The notes below the pieces were generated by a model that ran no database searches, had not been told where the DNA came from, and was given only the letters and a program-made list of their open reading frames with translations. From Camelus dromedarius (taxonomy: Eukaryota): 64,000 bases of DNA. The stretch spans positions 44,084,001 to 44,148,000 of the forward strand of contig NC_087436.1 of assembly GCF_036321535.1 (NCBI RefSeq), written 5' to 3'. A program made the position numbers and the translations under genes. Below, one piece after another: positions 1 through 14,192 of this stretch (the first letter of the stretch is position 1; the number at the start of each line of letters is the position of its first letter).

Positions 1-1030
1 CTATATTCAGCTCAAACCCTTCTTCTGCACCCGTATATTCAACTGCCTTCTCAACAGTTACACTTGGATATCTTGAATATACTTTAATGTTCATCAGGTC
101 CAAGGTCAAACCTATGATCTTCCTCCTCAAAACTGGTCTTCATTCAATGAACAGATTCTCAGGAATAAAATCCATCTTTAATTTCTACAATCCAGAAACC
201 CAGGAATGATCTGCAAAACCTTCTTTTTCCTAATTTCCTATATCCAATTTATCAGTGGGTTCTACTGCTTTTAACACTTAAATTCTAAGTATCTCCCTAA
301 TCCACTTACTTCTTCCTGTATGATTCTACCTACCTATCTCACTTGTTCTCATCTTACACTCTGACCCCTCCTTCCCTTTCTCTACTTTAGCCTCCCTGTC
401 CTAATTTGAGTCTCTCAAACTCACCTGCTTTCCTTGACCCAGAGCTTTTGAGAAGTTATTCCCTCTGCCTGGTACTTTCCACCCTCTTCTCTTTATTTAC
501 TAATTCCTATTCATTCTTCAGATCTTGAGGAAGGCTGTCCTGACTTTTCTGCTAGAAAACTCTTCTTATTAAATGCACTTATCACACCACATAGCTATCC
601 TTATCTCAGATGAATTTTGTGTTTTGCTTGTGTGATTATCTGATTCATGTTTATTTCTTCACTGGCCTGTAAGCAGCAAAAAAAGCAAAAATTATGTTTT
701 TCCCTCTTAACTCTTTCTTTTTTGATTTGACTTATACATGTTGTGAAATGCTATTTACCATAAAAGATTTGTTTGCATTATCTCATATAGATACAATAAA
801 AAGAGAAAGCAAAAATAGAAAAAAAAAAAACCCCTGGGGATGAGAACTCTTAGGATTTACTCTAACAACTTTCATTTATATCATACAGCAGTGTTAACTA
901 TAGTCATCATGTGTATATTACATACCTAGTACTGATTTATCTTGTAACTGGAAGTTTGAACCTTTTGACCAGCTTTCTCCAATTCTCCCTCCCCTTTAAC
1001 TTTTATATTCTCAGTGCCTGTCATATTTTA
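1..1030 (+). mobile_element. Decayed LINE2 fragments, interrupted by an L1 3' end
   Basis: L2-like motifs: aactgcct...cacttggatatct, gatcttcctcc..aaac, cactggcctgtaagc, ctcagtgcctg. Confidence 0.6.
715..995 (-). mobile_element. L1 3'UTR fragment (L1MA9-like)
   Basis: ttaactatagtcatcatg...atcttgtaactggaagtttg..ccttttgacc is typical of reversed L1MA-type 3' ends; T-rich tail on the left. Confidence 0.65.
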
Positions 1031-1782
1031 GGCAATTCCATCATAGATTACAACATCTTACAAGGTGTTTGATGTAACCATTCTACTAATTTGGCCTACT
1101 TTCTAACTGTCCCCTAAAATGAGCTCTATTCTAGTCACATACCCTGCCCTCTGCATCGTCTCCACTCACATGTTAAGGCTTAAGGTAACAAACACTGTGT
1201 TAACATCTACTATCCTTGTTTCATATGTTACCCTATTTAAAATTCAAAATAACCCTATGAGATAGGTATATTATGGTGAGTCTGAGACTACTTCCTCAAA
1301 TAGAGATACATAATATATAGATATTATGTGGAAGAACCAAGATTGAATTTTAGAATGATTCCACAACTATGGCACTATAGTAGATAGGCAATATTATTCC
1401 CATTTTAAAACTCAGTATGTAAAAGGTTCTTTATTGCTTAGTCATAAAGTACGAGCATTTATAAAGCCAAAACCTGAATATTTAGATAAGATGGAAAATT
1501 CTGAGGCAGGGCAAGGAAAGCCTTTTAAATGGAGGACACATTCTCCATGGATAGTTAGCGGAAATTAGGCAAGATGTAATGAGACAAATATCAGTGAAGA
1601 TCCCAATTACTGCATGCCAGGGAAATCAATATGTGAAGAACACTAATAAAGAGTGCTTTATCAGTTAATTAAAAATTAAACCCCAGAATAATATTTTCAT
1701 TATTGCATTAACCATAGGACTTGGCAAGATTATATACTGTTAATAGTTCAAGAGGCTTATCTGTTTGTATGTTTCCTCCCCC

Positions 1783-1783
<1 letters not shown>

Positions 1784-1817
<34 letters not shown>
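1784..1817. repeat. (CA)n microsatellite
   Basis: Direct observation. Confidence 0.95.
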
Positions 1818-1820
<3 letters not shown>

Positions 1821-2029
1821 TTCTGTTCTAAATCCTGCCCTTTGTCCTTGTAAGTGGACTCCTGGAATCAGGAAAATGATATTGGTTCCTAGTCATAAAC
1901 AATTGTGGGAAAGTGTCTCAAAAGAAGAGAAAAGAACAGGCACTTACAGTTTTCTAATCTCTTTTATTTGTTGGCTGGTGTACAAACTGTCTTCTCAAAA
2001 CCTCCCTTTCTGCTTCTCTTTATTCCTAA

Positions 2030-2284
2030 CTAAGAATGTGAGTTACTATTTGGTATCATTTCCTTACTCCAGTACAAGTTTTTTTCCACCTTTATGTTTT
2101 GTGCTGATCTTGTCAAATATATTTCAACGGTATAGGCTCAACAATTATATACATACTGTTTTCTGCAACCGCTTTTAAATCAGTCAAGAGAAGATGAGCA
2201 ATTATACTATCGTTTGTAATTACATGATTACCTTCACCAGTGCTATTTGTGTTTGTGTGTATGTGTGTGTGAGAGAGAGAGAGA

Positions 2285-2315
<31 letters not shown>

Positions 2316-4810
2316 TTCAAAGTCTGGTATCACATGTTTTCATCCTTATAACTTCCTTTGATATTTCTTGTAAGACAGGTCTACTGGCAAAAAATTCTGT
2401 TTTTATTTATCTGGGAAAATGTTTCACATTCATTTTTGAAAAGTAATTTTGCTGGATATAAGATTGTTCATGGACAGGTTTTTACTTTCAGCACTTTGAA
2501 TGTGTTGTCCTATTGCCTTCCGTCCAAGTTTCTGAGGCAAAATCAACTATTGATCTTACTGGGGTTTCCTTGTATGTGATGAGTTGTTCTTCCCTTGCTG
2601 CTTTCAAGATTTTCTCTTTGTCTTTCAATGTTTTAATCATGATGTATCTGGATGTAGATCACTTTGTTTATCCTACTTAGATTTCACTGAATTTCATCTA
2701 TGCGTAGCTTAATGCTTTTCATTAAGTTTGAAAAATTTTCAGCCATTATATCATAGAAGATTTCTTCTGTCTTGTTCTCTTTTCTCCTGATATCCTCATT
2801 ATTTGTTTGTTGGTGTGCTTAATCATGTCCCACAATTCTCTGAGGCTCTGTTCATGTTTTCCATTCTTTTTTCTGTTTTTCAGATTGCATAATCTCTATT
2901 GCTTTACATTTAAGTTCACTGATTTTTATCTTCTGCCAACTCAAATAATTTTCATTTGGGTTACTGTACTTTTAACTCCAGAATTTCCATTTAATTAAAA
3001 AAAATTTCTCTGAATATTCACTATTTGATGAGACACTGTCATACTTTCATTTTTAAAGCATGTTTCCTTCAGTTCTTTGAATGTATTTATAATCATTGTT
3101 CTGAAGTCTTTGTCTGCCAAGTACATCATCTGTGCCCCATTGAAGACATTTTCTATTGCCTGCTTTTTTTTTCCTATTTGTGGATCATACTTTCCTGCTT
3201 CTTTCCAGGTTTCATCATTTTTTTGCCAATACCTGGACATTTTAGGTATATTTTAGCAATATTAGATACTGATTCCATACCCCTAATCTGGAGATGGTTG
3301 TTGTTGTTGTTTGCTTGTTTATTTGTTTAGTGACTTGGCTGAACTAATTCAGTAAAGTCTATTCCTCTGCAGTGTACAGCCTCTGATTTTCCTACTCATA
3401 TTTTTTCTACTTGTTTTAATATTTTAGCCTCATTACCTAGGTGTTGTCCCTGGGCTTGTCTAGCCATTTATTGGTTAAAAGTTGTGCTTAAGGCCCCTTA
3501 GTCAGTTGATTTTTATTCTTTACCATTGGCTGTATCTGTAGCTTGGAGACTGCTATCATAGTTCAGAGATTTTACTTCTTTGCCCTACATTCACAGCCAG
3601 GTCTAGTAGCTTTAAGTTCCTACTCTGACTTTTCCTGAGACTTGGGTATATCCTTGGGCATGAACACAATTTTCCAGACTGTCAGAGGTGGCTGCGACAT
3701 TTTTGAGCCTTGCTTACTAGGAGTTGTCCCTCGGTCAGAGTAGCTTATTGTTCAATCAGTGTTTGGCCACAGGTTATATTTAATCTCCTTGTTCCTGTGA
3801 GGCTTCTGCCCTGTTTTGATGGGTCTGTGCGCAGCTTAGGGAATGCTTTCAAGTCTACACCACATCCTGCTACAATTGTTCCTGAGTGGGTGCAGCCTAG
3901 CAAAGCATACTTGCCTTCCTGATCCTCCGATGACTATGATCCCAGGAGGGTTCTTCATGGCTGACTCTTCCCCTGGTTTTCTCTTTAAAACTTCTGGATG
4001 CTCTGTTGTTTTGATGTATTGTAGTGCTATCAGCCTCCTCTCACTTGTTCTTCATCAAGACCTGTACTGTTTTCAACAACAGCCTTAGGCATGGAGTTCC
4101 CCACCCCTTCTTCCAAATAAAGTCCATCTTCTCAGGCAGATCCAAAGAACTCTTTAATTTTACGGTCTGCCTTTTCCCTGGGCAGAACACCTGCACCACT
4201 GCATGGAGTTTGGAGGAGGGGCCCTCTTTTCCTAGGGTGACAACTTTGCTCTACAAGCAGGCACTGGGCGTGGGGAGCACCTTTGGTCTTGGCTTGCCTC
4301 TTCTGGTGTGGAACCTATACCCTGTAGTGAGTTGGGACAGGTAATAGGGCCTCAGTGTTATCAGCTTGCTGTGCCTAGGGTGGGATTTGCTTGAAGAAGG
4401 GAGACTTGGTCCTTCCTGCCACACCTACTAGAACAGACTTCCGGTAACATGGCTGGGAGGGGATGGAGGAAAGGGATGAGAAAGTCTTCCCCTCCAGGGT
4501 GAAAACTGTAGCCCTAGACTGGGAGTTAGGGGGAGAGTGGAACCTCATCTTCTTGGCTACACATGCTGGAGCTGGAGCTTCTACAACACGGCACTGTGAT
4601 GGGGAGGTAATGGATTAGGGTGTGGCTTAACTGCCACAAATAATCACTGTATCTAGATTTAGCAGATTGTCTTTAATGACTGTTTCTTCATTTGCTGTAT
4701 GCTCTTAGCTTGATTGCTAAAGATTTTAAACGATTATTTTGTTTTAAGTAATTTTCACCAGTTAAATTGCTATTTTGCTGGGATAAGGTCTGCTGAATTC
4801 CTTACTTCAT
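2030..4810 (-). mobile_element. Old L1M element: 5'UTR and ORF1 remnant, with a (GT)/(GA) microsatellite at ~2247-2312
   Basis: Minus ORF 2995-3240 (..DKDFRTMIINTFKELKE..) resembles the L1 ORF1 N-terminus; flanks read as antisense L1 (tttgctggatataagatt, cagcactttgaat, ttttcagccattat). Confidence 0.75.
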
Positions 4811-7800
4811 TGTTCTGGAAGTCTTGCCATGGTTGTTTCTGGACATTAATTACTTTTGATGGTGAATTGAAGGATGATTCCTGTAAGGGTGAGCCAGGGG
4901 ATCCTGGATGGTACTCAGCTCATTTTCTGGTATCAGCCCTCAGACCTTAAGCACACTGAATAGTCATTATTTTTCATATATGCTGTGATAATCAAATTCT
5001 GAGTGTAAAAGTTCAACTTCTGAGGTTCTATTTAATCATATAGTTCTTCCACTAACCTGCCACCCCACTTCTTTAAAAGTCTTTAAATATTTACTTACAT
5101 GTAAAGTTTAAATGAATAAAAAAAAAGGCTTTTTTTCCTGTCTTACTTCCTCTCATACCAACCATTAAAGAGGTAATTTTCCTTCTTTGCTCAGCAGAGT
5201 CTAGCAATTACTTTAGCTGATAATTAACTTATTTTTTAAAATTAAGCCTAAGAAAGGTTAACTCAAAATTTAAATCTCAGAATAGTCCTGCTTTTCTCTT
5301 TAGTTGCTTTCTTTCAACACATTAAATTTTACACCCAAATCTATTTTTTAAAAATAATTTTTAGCATAGTAAAATGCTTTTATCAATATTTAGAACCCTC
5401 TGGAAAAGTTTGTAAGAGATGAGAAATGTCAGAAGTAAATCAAGAATGCTCTGTGGGTATTAAAATCATCTCCTCCTTCCTAACTCCCCAACTTTTTGTT
5501 CTGGCAGCCCAGAACAAAAAAAGTAAACAAAGAAAAAACATACTAATACACATAAGAACAAATAAAACTACTTTAAGCTATCATGTATATTCAATATAAC
5601 ATTTATAGTTATTTTGCTGTAAAAACACTTCTACTTTATAGAACAAATTTAATTCAACAAAACTTTCCTGGTGTATTAGATAAATAAAACTATATCCTTA
5701 ACTTCAAGAAGCTAACAACTTAGCAAAAAGGTTAACATTTATATGAAATAAACATATTTTAAGGCAAAATATGACATGTTTGATAGTCACAAAATGCTTG
5801 ACATTTAGTTCAAAAAAGGTCAATTTAGTCAAAAAATTTATCAGGAGAGCTGGCAAAAATACTAATGGAATGCTTTCAAATATTTAGTTAGATGATATTT
5901 TAAAAAGTGATATGGAGTGTTCAACTGCTTTTGTCTTGTTATAAAACAGAATAGGTGTTTATAGTACTGATATACTACAAACTGATTCTGTGGTTAAAAC
6001 ATCTTTACTTCAGCATTTCGTTATCTGCAAAGATTCATTTTTTGATTTTTAATCTTCTTCATCTAAAGCAACAACTAAATTATGTTTAAGTAAAGTTTTT
6101 AATGGTTTTCACAACATATTTATTAATTTTAAAAGCCCTAATATTTTTTGAATATCTACTATGTGCTGGGCAGTGCTTTAAGTACTTTGATCTTCAAAAT
6201 GTAAAGGAAACAGAAGAGAGATTATGTACTGTAGTCAAGTTCACCTAATAACTGGTGGAGCGAAGACTCATTTTCATTCTTTTCTAAAGCCCTACACTAT
6301 ATGCTTTCTTACAAATATAAAATGAATCCTATAATCATTCACATTCTATTTGTTTTAATATATCAGTTTTTCAACAGTTCAGTTAACTTGTCTTGATTCA
6401 GTTATATAGCAAAAATAATAAATCATTTAAAATGGTTTTGTGATGTTTACATTTAGCTCACTGTACAGTATAGCAGCTGGTCTCAACCATAACACAATTT
6501 GACCAGGATTAAAAATTTTTCTTTCTTTAAAAATAAAAATGAAACCAACATCTAATTCTTAATCCCACCACTGCTCCCCAGAAGAAAAGCAACATAAATT
6601 GGCATAAAGACTGAGCACAAAGAACACTACTGAGGCAGATATTTTTGATTGTTTGTTTCATTTATCTAATTGCATCCAGTTAAGAGAGAAACCTGTGTCT
6701 TATCTGGACAGAAAATAAACACCTTTTCTTTCCCTTGAAATTTTCTTGCCTTTGTAGTATGAACAATGAACTTCTAAAATTGTGGAATGTGCTTCAATGA
6801 TTATGGAAAAGCTGCCTTCAGAAGTAACATAATTTTGGTTGACTATAATTATGGAGAGACAAAAGTGAAGGCGGAAGAACAATGATAGAAACAAGCTTGG
6901 ATTCAGTTTTAGGGTGATTTTAGACTGCAAAGTCTTCCCCTACAAAATACTAGAATTTTGTTTCTCTCAATCTACTTCACCATTCCACTGGACCTCTCAA
7001 AAGAAAGCCCTGTTTTAAAAAAGATCTTGTTGCTTTCTTTTAAAAGGGCAGGAGCCTTACATTTGCATAATACCAGGAGATAGTATCATATTGTGATAAA
7101 CAAATACGTGAAAATAGATATTAAGAAAGTAGTTATAAATTTTAAAAACCTTTGGATTAGGTATATATTTAGCCCTTTATTTTCTTTTTGCAATTCAGAA
7201 CCCACAGTCTACCATTTCAGCTATGAATTCATAGCCACATATTCTTCTGCACTCTGACTTTCAGCAGCCACCAATTTCCCTGCTTCTTCTTCTAGGCTGC
7301 TTAGTGTTGTTGCTGGTAAAAATTGTGCTCAAATGCCTCCTCATAAAATCTTGCTGTCTCAACATTCTCGGTACTCCTTTACACTCTCAAGTGGAGAGAG
7401 TCACCTCTTGGTAACTATCCATCCAATTCCTCATATTTATTGTTCCAGATCTTTCCTGCTCTTCTATCTTCTCCTTTTTAGAGGCGTTGCTATTTATTTT
7501 TAGGGTTAATCAATATTCATAATCCCAAATACTCACATTTATACATCAAAGTACAGAAATGGATTTTATACTGTAACATACTTTCATTCCTAAAGCAAAA
7601 GAAGCAAACTAGGGATCCTAATTGGAACTGGAACATTTGTGCATTAGGCAAGTTACACTTCCTTTTAAGACAAAACCACGAAAGGCAAAGATAATACAAA
7701 ATCAAAGGCACCTGTCAGAATCTAAAGCACTACGTAGATAAGTACTGATTCTTAAAAGCACTGGGTCTATCACTGCTGTTCTGGTTGCTTGACCATAATC

Positions 7801-9079
7801 TACTGAATCATCAACATTTATGACTTTGTCATAATGTCCCCTTTTGAAACTGAATTTTAGTATAGGTGTTTTAAGTTTGTACTTAGGCTAAGGAATTATA
7901 TAATTTTATGAAAGTTTGAAAATTCTATTTGCTTATGCTATTATATATCTTTCCCATGTTATATTTGAAAAGATAAAGATAAAAATGGCTGGTATGTCTA
8001 ACAGAACTAGGCAAATATATGAACCATCTTTGTTAGATTTAAGTTGTCTTAAAGTTATTAGCTTTTTCTCATTAATTGCTTACTAAGTATTAAAATGAGA
8101 TTTGGTCTCATAGTCAATTTAACAGTACTTATGAATGGAACAATTTTTTAAAAAGCTATGAAAATGCCACTTACATAACAATGTTTGGGAATTGTTTATT
8201 GTGTTCTGTAAAATAACAGCTTCTTGTTTTATACACTGCACTTTTTGTCACATCCAGTGACTTGGATGATATTTTTCTTTGCATTCTGAAATAACCACTG
8301 TGGTGCAATCCTTATGAAATGAAATGCCGACTGGGTTATCAGTCACCTATTTGGATTAAGTGGGGAAAATTGCTTCTCATTTATGACACTAAAGAATTTG
8401 TAGGAATCTAGTCTTGTAAATAAAAGTATGTAGGTTTATGAAATCTCTTACTGAGGAAAGTTTTTGAAAAACAGTTTATCTACATAAAGCCACCTTATTT
8501 TATAGTGGAGTATATCAGTTGTTTTAATTTTGGATAAATAGTGATATAGTGAAAATGACGACAAGTTTTCTGCCTACTGTAATAAAGTCTGTAGTCACAT
8601 TCTGAAGTTATGATCCTCTCCTCTCAGCATGTTTTGCACTTGCATTTTATGTAAGATGTGTGGTGCCCTACTTGTGGGCAAGCTTGTACAGACTGACTGA
8701 TTTGCCAGACTGACAGCTGCTTACTTTCAGGAAACCACACTCCAGTTCTTGGTGTGTGTCAGGTCCTCCCCAAGTACCACTAATCTTTGATTACTAAACT
8801 CCAATTCTGATTAACTCACAGTCCCTGTCTCACGGAACAGTCTGGCTTGCAAAATAAATCCTTCAGTCAATTTTGTTCAATTTAATAAATAATAATTGGA
8901 TGCCTACCATAAGCAAGGTAAGTGCTGTGACATACACAAAGCATATAATCCATACTCCTTGCCATTAAACCACTTATAAGGAAGGATACATACTCAAATC
9001 ACCATTTTAAACACTACTGCACTCTCCCTTAATAATTAAAATGACCTGTACTTTTATAAAAGATTCATGGTTTCCTTCT

Positions 9080-9492
9080 TATCTTTCTCAGCTCAGGCAA
9101 CTTTTCAGACTTCTAGACTTGTATGCTCAATTGCATATTCAACATTTCCATGCAGGTGTCTTATAGGACATCAAACTCAAAATGTCCTGTACCAAACACA
9201 TAATCATCTGCCTTAAAACTGGTCTTCCTCTAGGGTCCCCAACCCTCAGTCAATGGCACAGCCCAGAAGTACAAGCAAGAAGCCTGCTAGTCATTCTAGA
9301 TGTCTTCACCTCCTTTGTCCTTTGGGTCTACTTTTGCTGGCTCATTTCCCTCTGAGCTTGTGTTGGAGTTTCTCAGGGACTTATCTGCAGGCTGTCTTCT
9401 ATTCTTACTCTGTAGTCTCTCTTGATGGAGGGTTCATGTATTCTAATGATTTTATTAATGCTTATATGGTTTATATGCTGAAGACTCTCACT
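9080..9492 (+). mobile_element. LINE2 fragment (two segments)
   Basis: L2-like motifs: tgttggagtt..cagggac, tatatgctgaagactc, caacatttcca..gtgtc..atag, ctcagtcaatggcac. Confidence 0.65.
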
Positions 9493-11086
9493 TTTAAAAT
9501 CATACCTTGGCTAAGAGAAAATTATTCGTGAAATAATTTTAAGTTCTTCAGAAAAAAATCCTATGGTTTCAATTTGATTCCTCCCTTCATTTTAAGTAGA
9601 ATCTTCTCCCCATTTTGCTTAATAGCCATCTTTCCAATAACTTGTTAAACACACACATTCCAAGCATTTTTCCTCACAAAAATACCGTAAAGTGGGTATT
9701 GTTAGACTCTAGAGGTCAAGTGACTTCCCCAGAATCAGACAACCAGTCCAAATTTGAACACCAGAGTCTTCTGACTATAAATTCTGAGCTTTTCCCAATA
9801 AACTGTACTGCAAACCTCTAAATTCCTTAGTGCAAAGGAACTGAACCAGGTATTAAAAAGAAAACAAAATATTTATACAAATTCATTATAAGGGGGTCAT
9901 TATATAAGTACTCCTTAAGAAACATACTTTTAAAAAGATGAAGTCTAATTAATTTACTTAAGTGTATAATTAACTTTTTCCTTTCATCTTTCCACAAGAG
10001 ATTTGGATTTGCTTACAGTAGGAACAACAGTAGTAGTAATGAAATATAGGAAACTGGAGGAGGGGGGAATGGGTGAATCTCATAAACAATGCAAGTTTAT
10101 GAGAGGAGAGATTTGTGCCTGTTTCTGTTTATTTCTTTGTATCCCAGGTGCCTACAGCAGTACCCAGAAAAACAGTAGCCCAATAAATTTTTTGAATAAG
10201 TGAATGAAAAGCTACCAAGAAAATATATGCTAGCTAGAAAAATAAGGAACAAACAAATAATAAGTGCAGAAAATTGTCTATAATACAATGACTATAGTCA
10301 GTTGTTAAAGCAATTGATGTTCCATATGATACAAATGGAGAAGGAAAATATCTTTAGTATATGGCCAGGTTGTTAGAGCGACTGTAGCCTAATACAGAGT
10401 GCTCAAAGACTGATTTCCAAATCATTTAAACTCCAAAGGGAATTTATATCATCCAGAAATGGCAGAATCATTATACCCTTTTCATTATATTACTATTAAA
10501 AAAAACTTTACATACTGAATAATGAAGTTAATTTTTTCTTCATATATTTATTCTAAAGTGTTTTACATTGAGTATTTTTATTGATATCAAAAATGGTCAT
10601 AACTAACTGGTTAATTCTCTATAAGGAAATCACTTCATTCTTGCCCTGCTTTAAATTTAAGAGCTTACACTAAATATGCTTCTCTTCTCTGGTGGAACTC
10701 TTGAGTAGACAAAGTTGTGATACCAATAACCATTCAACACATGGACAAAGTATGCTAGGATGATATGAACACTTGTTCGCATTGAAATTTGTTTTCAGTA
10801 GTTATCTTAGTATTAGGTTAATTTTAGTTATATAACTCAGCAGAAAAAATTTCAAATATAAATCAATCCTTGCTTTTCACATGTATATAAATCATGCATT
10901 TCCATAGGTACACTGAATATATATATACAGTACTACCATGGAAGAAGATTAGAATTAATACTAGCTAACAGCACGAGATGTTGTAAAGGGAGAGATCAAG
11001 TACCCTCACTATTCACAAATTAATCTACTCTGTGTAGCACATTTCAGAAATTTTTCTTTATTTCTGTAAGAGACTTAAGAATAAGC

Positions 11087-11110
11087 AAAAAAAAAAAAAA
11101 AAAAAAAAAA
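11087..11110. repeat. Poly(A) run (24 nt)
   Basis: Direct observation. Confidence 0.9.
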
Positions 11111-11819
11111 CTATGGGATGTCTCCATGGAAAACTATGTATTGTTTAGAACACTGTTTGGCTTCTATGGCTTTCGAGATATTTTACAAGTCTGTAAATTA
11201 CAGATAACCAATAGCAATGCAAAATAATTCTTATCTATAGGGAAGCAAACAAATTCTGTTTCAGTAGAGGTTCAACTGTCTTCTCTCCCTCCCTGCTAAT
11301 GGAAAAAGCCAGTCTCATGGACATTTGTAAACTTGTAATATCTATTTGTAAATTCAACATATCTTTTCTCCATTTATATATTTCTGATTCTTTAATTTCT
11401 CCTTTGTATCAGCTGTAACATTTGGGTTCCCTCATTAATGATGAGTTACATAAAATCCTTAACATACATTCATTTTATATTTAATGAACAGTATAATTTT
11501 ACCTCTTTTTGAAAATTATCCTTTAACATCACCATGTCTGAATTTTTACCTATGTTAGCTCTGGGTTTCATTTACTGTCTTTCCTATGTCCAGTTCAAGA
11601 AAAATTAGTTAGTAAGTGGCAGAGTTAGGATTCAAACCTAGGTAACCTAGATCTAGAATATGTACTGTGAATCTAGCTTTAACAATAGATCAAAGAGGAG
11701 GCATACGGCTTCCCTTTGCTGCCATTTTTTTTTTTCTAGATGATCTTGTGGAACATACTTTGATAAACCAGCTGTTATATAGGTTCCTTCATCTATTTAC
11801 TTAAATATCTATAAGCCAG

Positions 11820-13310
11820 AATTAATCTGAAAGTTTCAGCATTGCAAAAGGCAAGAAATAGAAATGAAGCATTACCATCTGAAAGGAAGCAAAATCAACC
11901 TTACCTATGGAGTGGATGATTACATACCTAGAAGATGCAAAAGAGTCAGGTCTAAGAGATACTAGTATATTTTTACCTATGTTAGCTAGTTTTACCTATG
12001 TTACCTAGTATTAGAATTAATAAAAGAATTTGTAAGGGTAGCTAGTTTAAAGCTAAATATACAAAAGCCAATAGCTAGAAACCAGCAGCAAAAAACGTGG
12101 AAAAAAGAAACTCCTTTCACAATACCAATAGAAATATAAAAAGTTAATGTAGACTTCAGGGTTTATACCTACTATAAATGATTATAAAGCCAGGGAAAAA
12201 GTGAATTATTCAGTGATTAAGGGAAAAAAAAGATTAGTTCTGTATCTCACACAACATATAAAGTCATTCTAAAGAGATTAAATATATGGAGTAAAAACCA
12301 AAGCTATAAACATACACACACTCAAGAAAATATTGGTGGATATTTTTTGATTATAGGGTTCAAAAGAATGTTCTAAACATATGTGTATATGTATATATGT
12401 GTGGCATGTGTGTGATGTATGAAATTACCAAAAAAATTCCTTTGGCCAATAAAATTTAAAGCATTTCTAAATCAACTACATCATAAATATAAAGTAAATA
12501 ACAAGCAGGGAAAATAATTATAATCAATGTGAAATATGGGTTTAATATCTTATAATAATGCCAAAAGAAAAAAACCGTCAAAGAACATGATTTAAAAGAA
12601 TTACAAATGCTCAATAAATATATGAATGGGATTAGTATACCTCACCAGCAATTTCCTACAAGAATAAGAATATTTTTGCTTACTAAATTGGGAAAGATTA
12701 ATCTATAAATTATACTATTAATTGCTGGCATGGATGGTTTCCAGTCAGCACTCTTACATACTAATGCTGGAATTGTACACTGGTGCAAACTTTACTGAAT
12801 GCGGTTCTTTAGGATGTTTCAAGAAGCTTCAAAGAGTATGACTTATTGACCCAGTTCTTCCACTTCTAGTAATTTATTACAAGTAGAACTGTGAGGAACT
12901 GTGAGAACAAGATAGAACTTCTATGCAAAGATTTTCATTACAGCATTATTTATAAAAGAAAGTTTGAAGCAACTTAAATATGCAGTATTAAGGGAATGAC
13001 TATTAAGTGACCCTAAAAATAATTTTTACAAAGAATTTTTGATAACATGGGAAAATGACAAAATTTGCTAAGTAGATAAAACAAGATACCAAATCCAGAT
13101 ATTACATTACAGCATGTTAAAAAATGTGTATATATATGCACATGCACACACAGAGATATACGAATGTAGTTAATACCAAATGTTTGATATTTTATAACAC
13201 ATTATTCAGAGTGAGATTTCAAATGCTTTTGTTTTCTTCTTTAGATTGTTCTATATTTCTACATTTTCCAAAGTACTCATGACTTTTATAATCATAAAGA
13301 ATGCTAAAAG
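11820..13310 (+). mobile_element. Highly decayed L1ME-type ORF2/3' region
   Basis: Motifs: gatgattacatacctagaa, aaatatacaaaagccaatagc, ttgacccagttcttccacttctag, cagcattatttataa. Confidence 0.65.
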
Positions 13311-13363
13311 TAATGATTCTGAGACCAATCTAAGGATATGAGACTCTCTATGCTCTAAGATTG

Positions 13364-13432
13364 CAGGGCCATCTAATTCAGGTTGTGAAGTGCCACATCT
13401 AAGAAGATGCCATTCACATTAATACAAAAACG
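13364..13432. mobile_element. MER91-like hAT DNA transposon remnant
   Basis: cagggcca...gccacatctaag..gatgccattcacat resembles the recalled MER91 terminus. Confidence 0.45.
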
Positions 13433-13890
13433 TAATAAAAGGTCTGGAGATGTTTAACCTTCCAGCTATGCAGCAGGGCAGAGATTCTCTTACCTAAAGG
13501 GACTGGGTGCTCACAGTTATGAGCATACTTGGATCATCTCTCATGCACACATTACCAACACACATATAGGGTAGCTGTGTTCTGTCTCCAGTTTCTTGGG
13601 CATTTTGCCTCTCTCCCTTGCTTATCTCTCTTAGAGGCCCAATTCATACTTCAAACTTGACACAGTTCTTTCATCTAGGGGACCTGGTCCATTTTTTCAA
13701 GTCCTCTCCTCCTAGGACACAGGCTGCCTTGTCAGTCATCCTACCTAAAAAGAAACAGGCCAGAAGGACAGAGGAACTTCAGTTTTCTCTCAGATGGAGT
13801 AGTACCTAAGGATAAATTGTAAAAAATGATGCTAAGACTAAGAAAATACCTTAGTTACTAAGAAAACACCTATATAAATACTGGTATTTT

Positions 13891-14192
13891 GTTTTTGTTG
13901 TATTGAAGTAGAGTTGATTTACAATGTTGTGTTAATTTCTGGTGTACAGTACAGTGATTTAGTTATACATGTATATATTCTTTTTCATCATAGGTTATTA
14001 CAAGCTACTGAGTATACTTCTCTGTGCTATACAGTAGGACCTTGTTTATCTATTTTATACATAATAGTTAGTACCTGCAAATCCTGAACTCCTAATTTAT
14101 CCCTCCACCCCTACTTTTCCTCCTGGTAACCTTAAGTTTGTTTTCTATGTCTGCGAGTCTGTTTCTGTTTTGTAAATAAGTTCATTTATGTT
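13891..14192 (-). mobile_element. Young L1 3'UTR-only insertion (~300 bp) with 16-bp TSD
   Basis: tattgaagtagagttgatttacaatgttgtg...tgtgctatacagtagga...gtaaataagttcattt. Flanks taaatactggtatttt (13875-13890) and taaataccagtatttt (14193-14208). Confidence 0.85.

Noticed and set aside
1765..2178. 137-aa ORF with a TH repeat
   Set aside because: Non-ATG start; derived from the (CA)n microsatellite and adjacent L1 sequence.
7005..7050. Imperfect inverted repeat gccc..ttttaaaa / ttttaaaagggc
   Set aside because: Short and mostly A/T runs; expected by chance.
11087..11110. Poly(A) as the tail of a processed pseudogene
   Set aside because: No TSD and no recognisable mRNA-derived sequence upstream.
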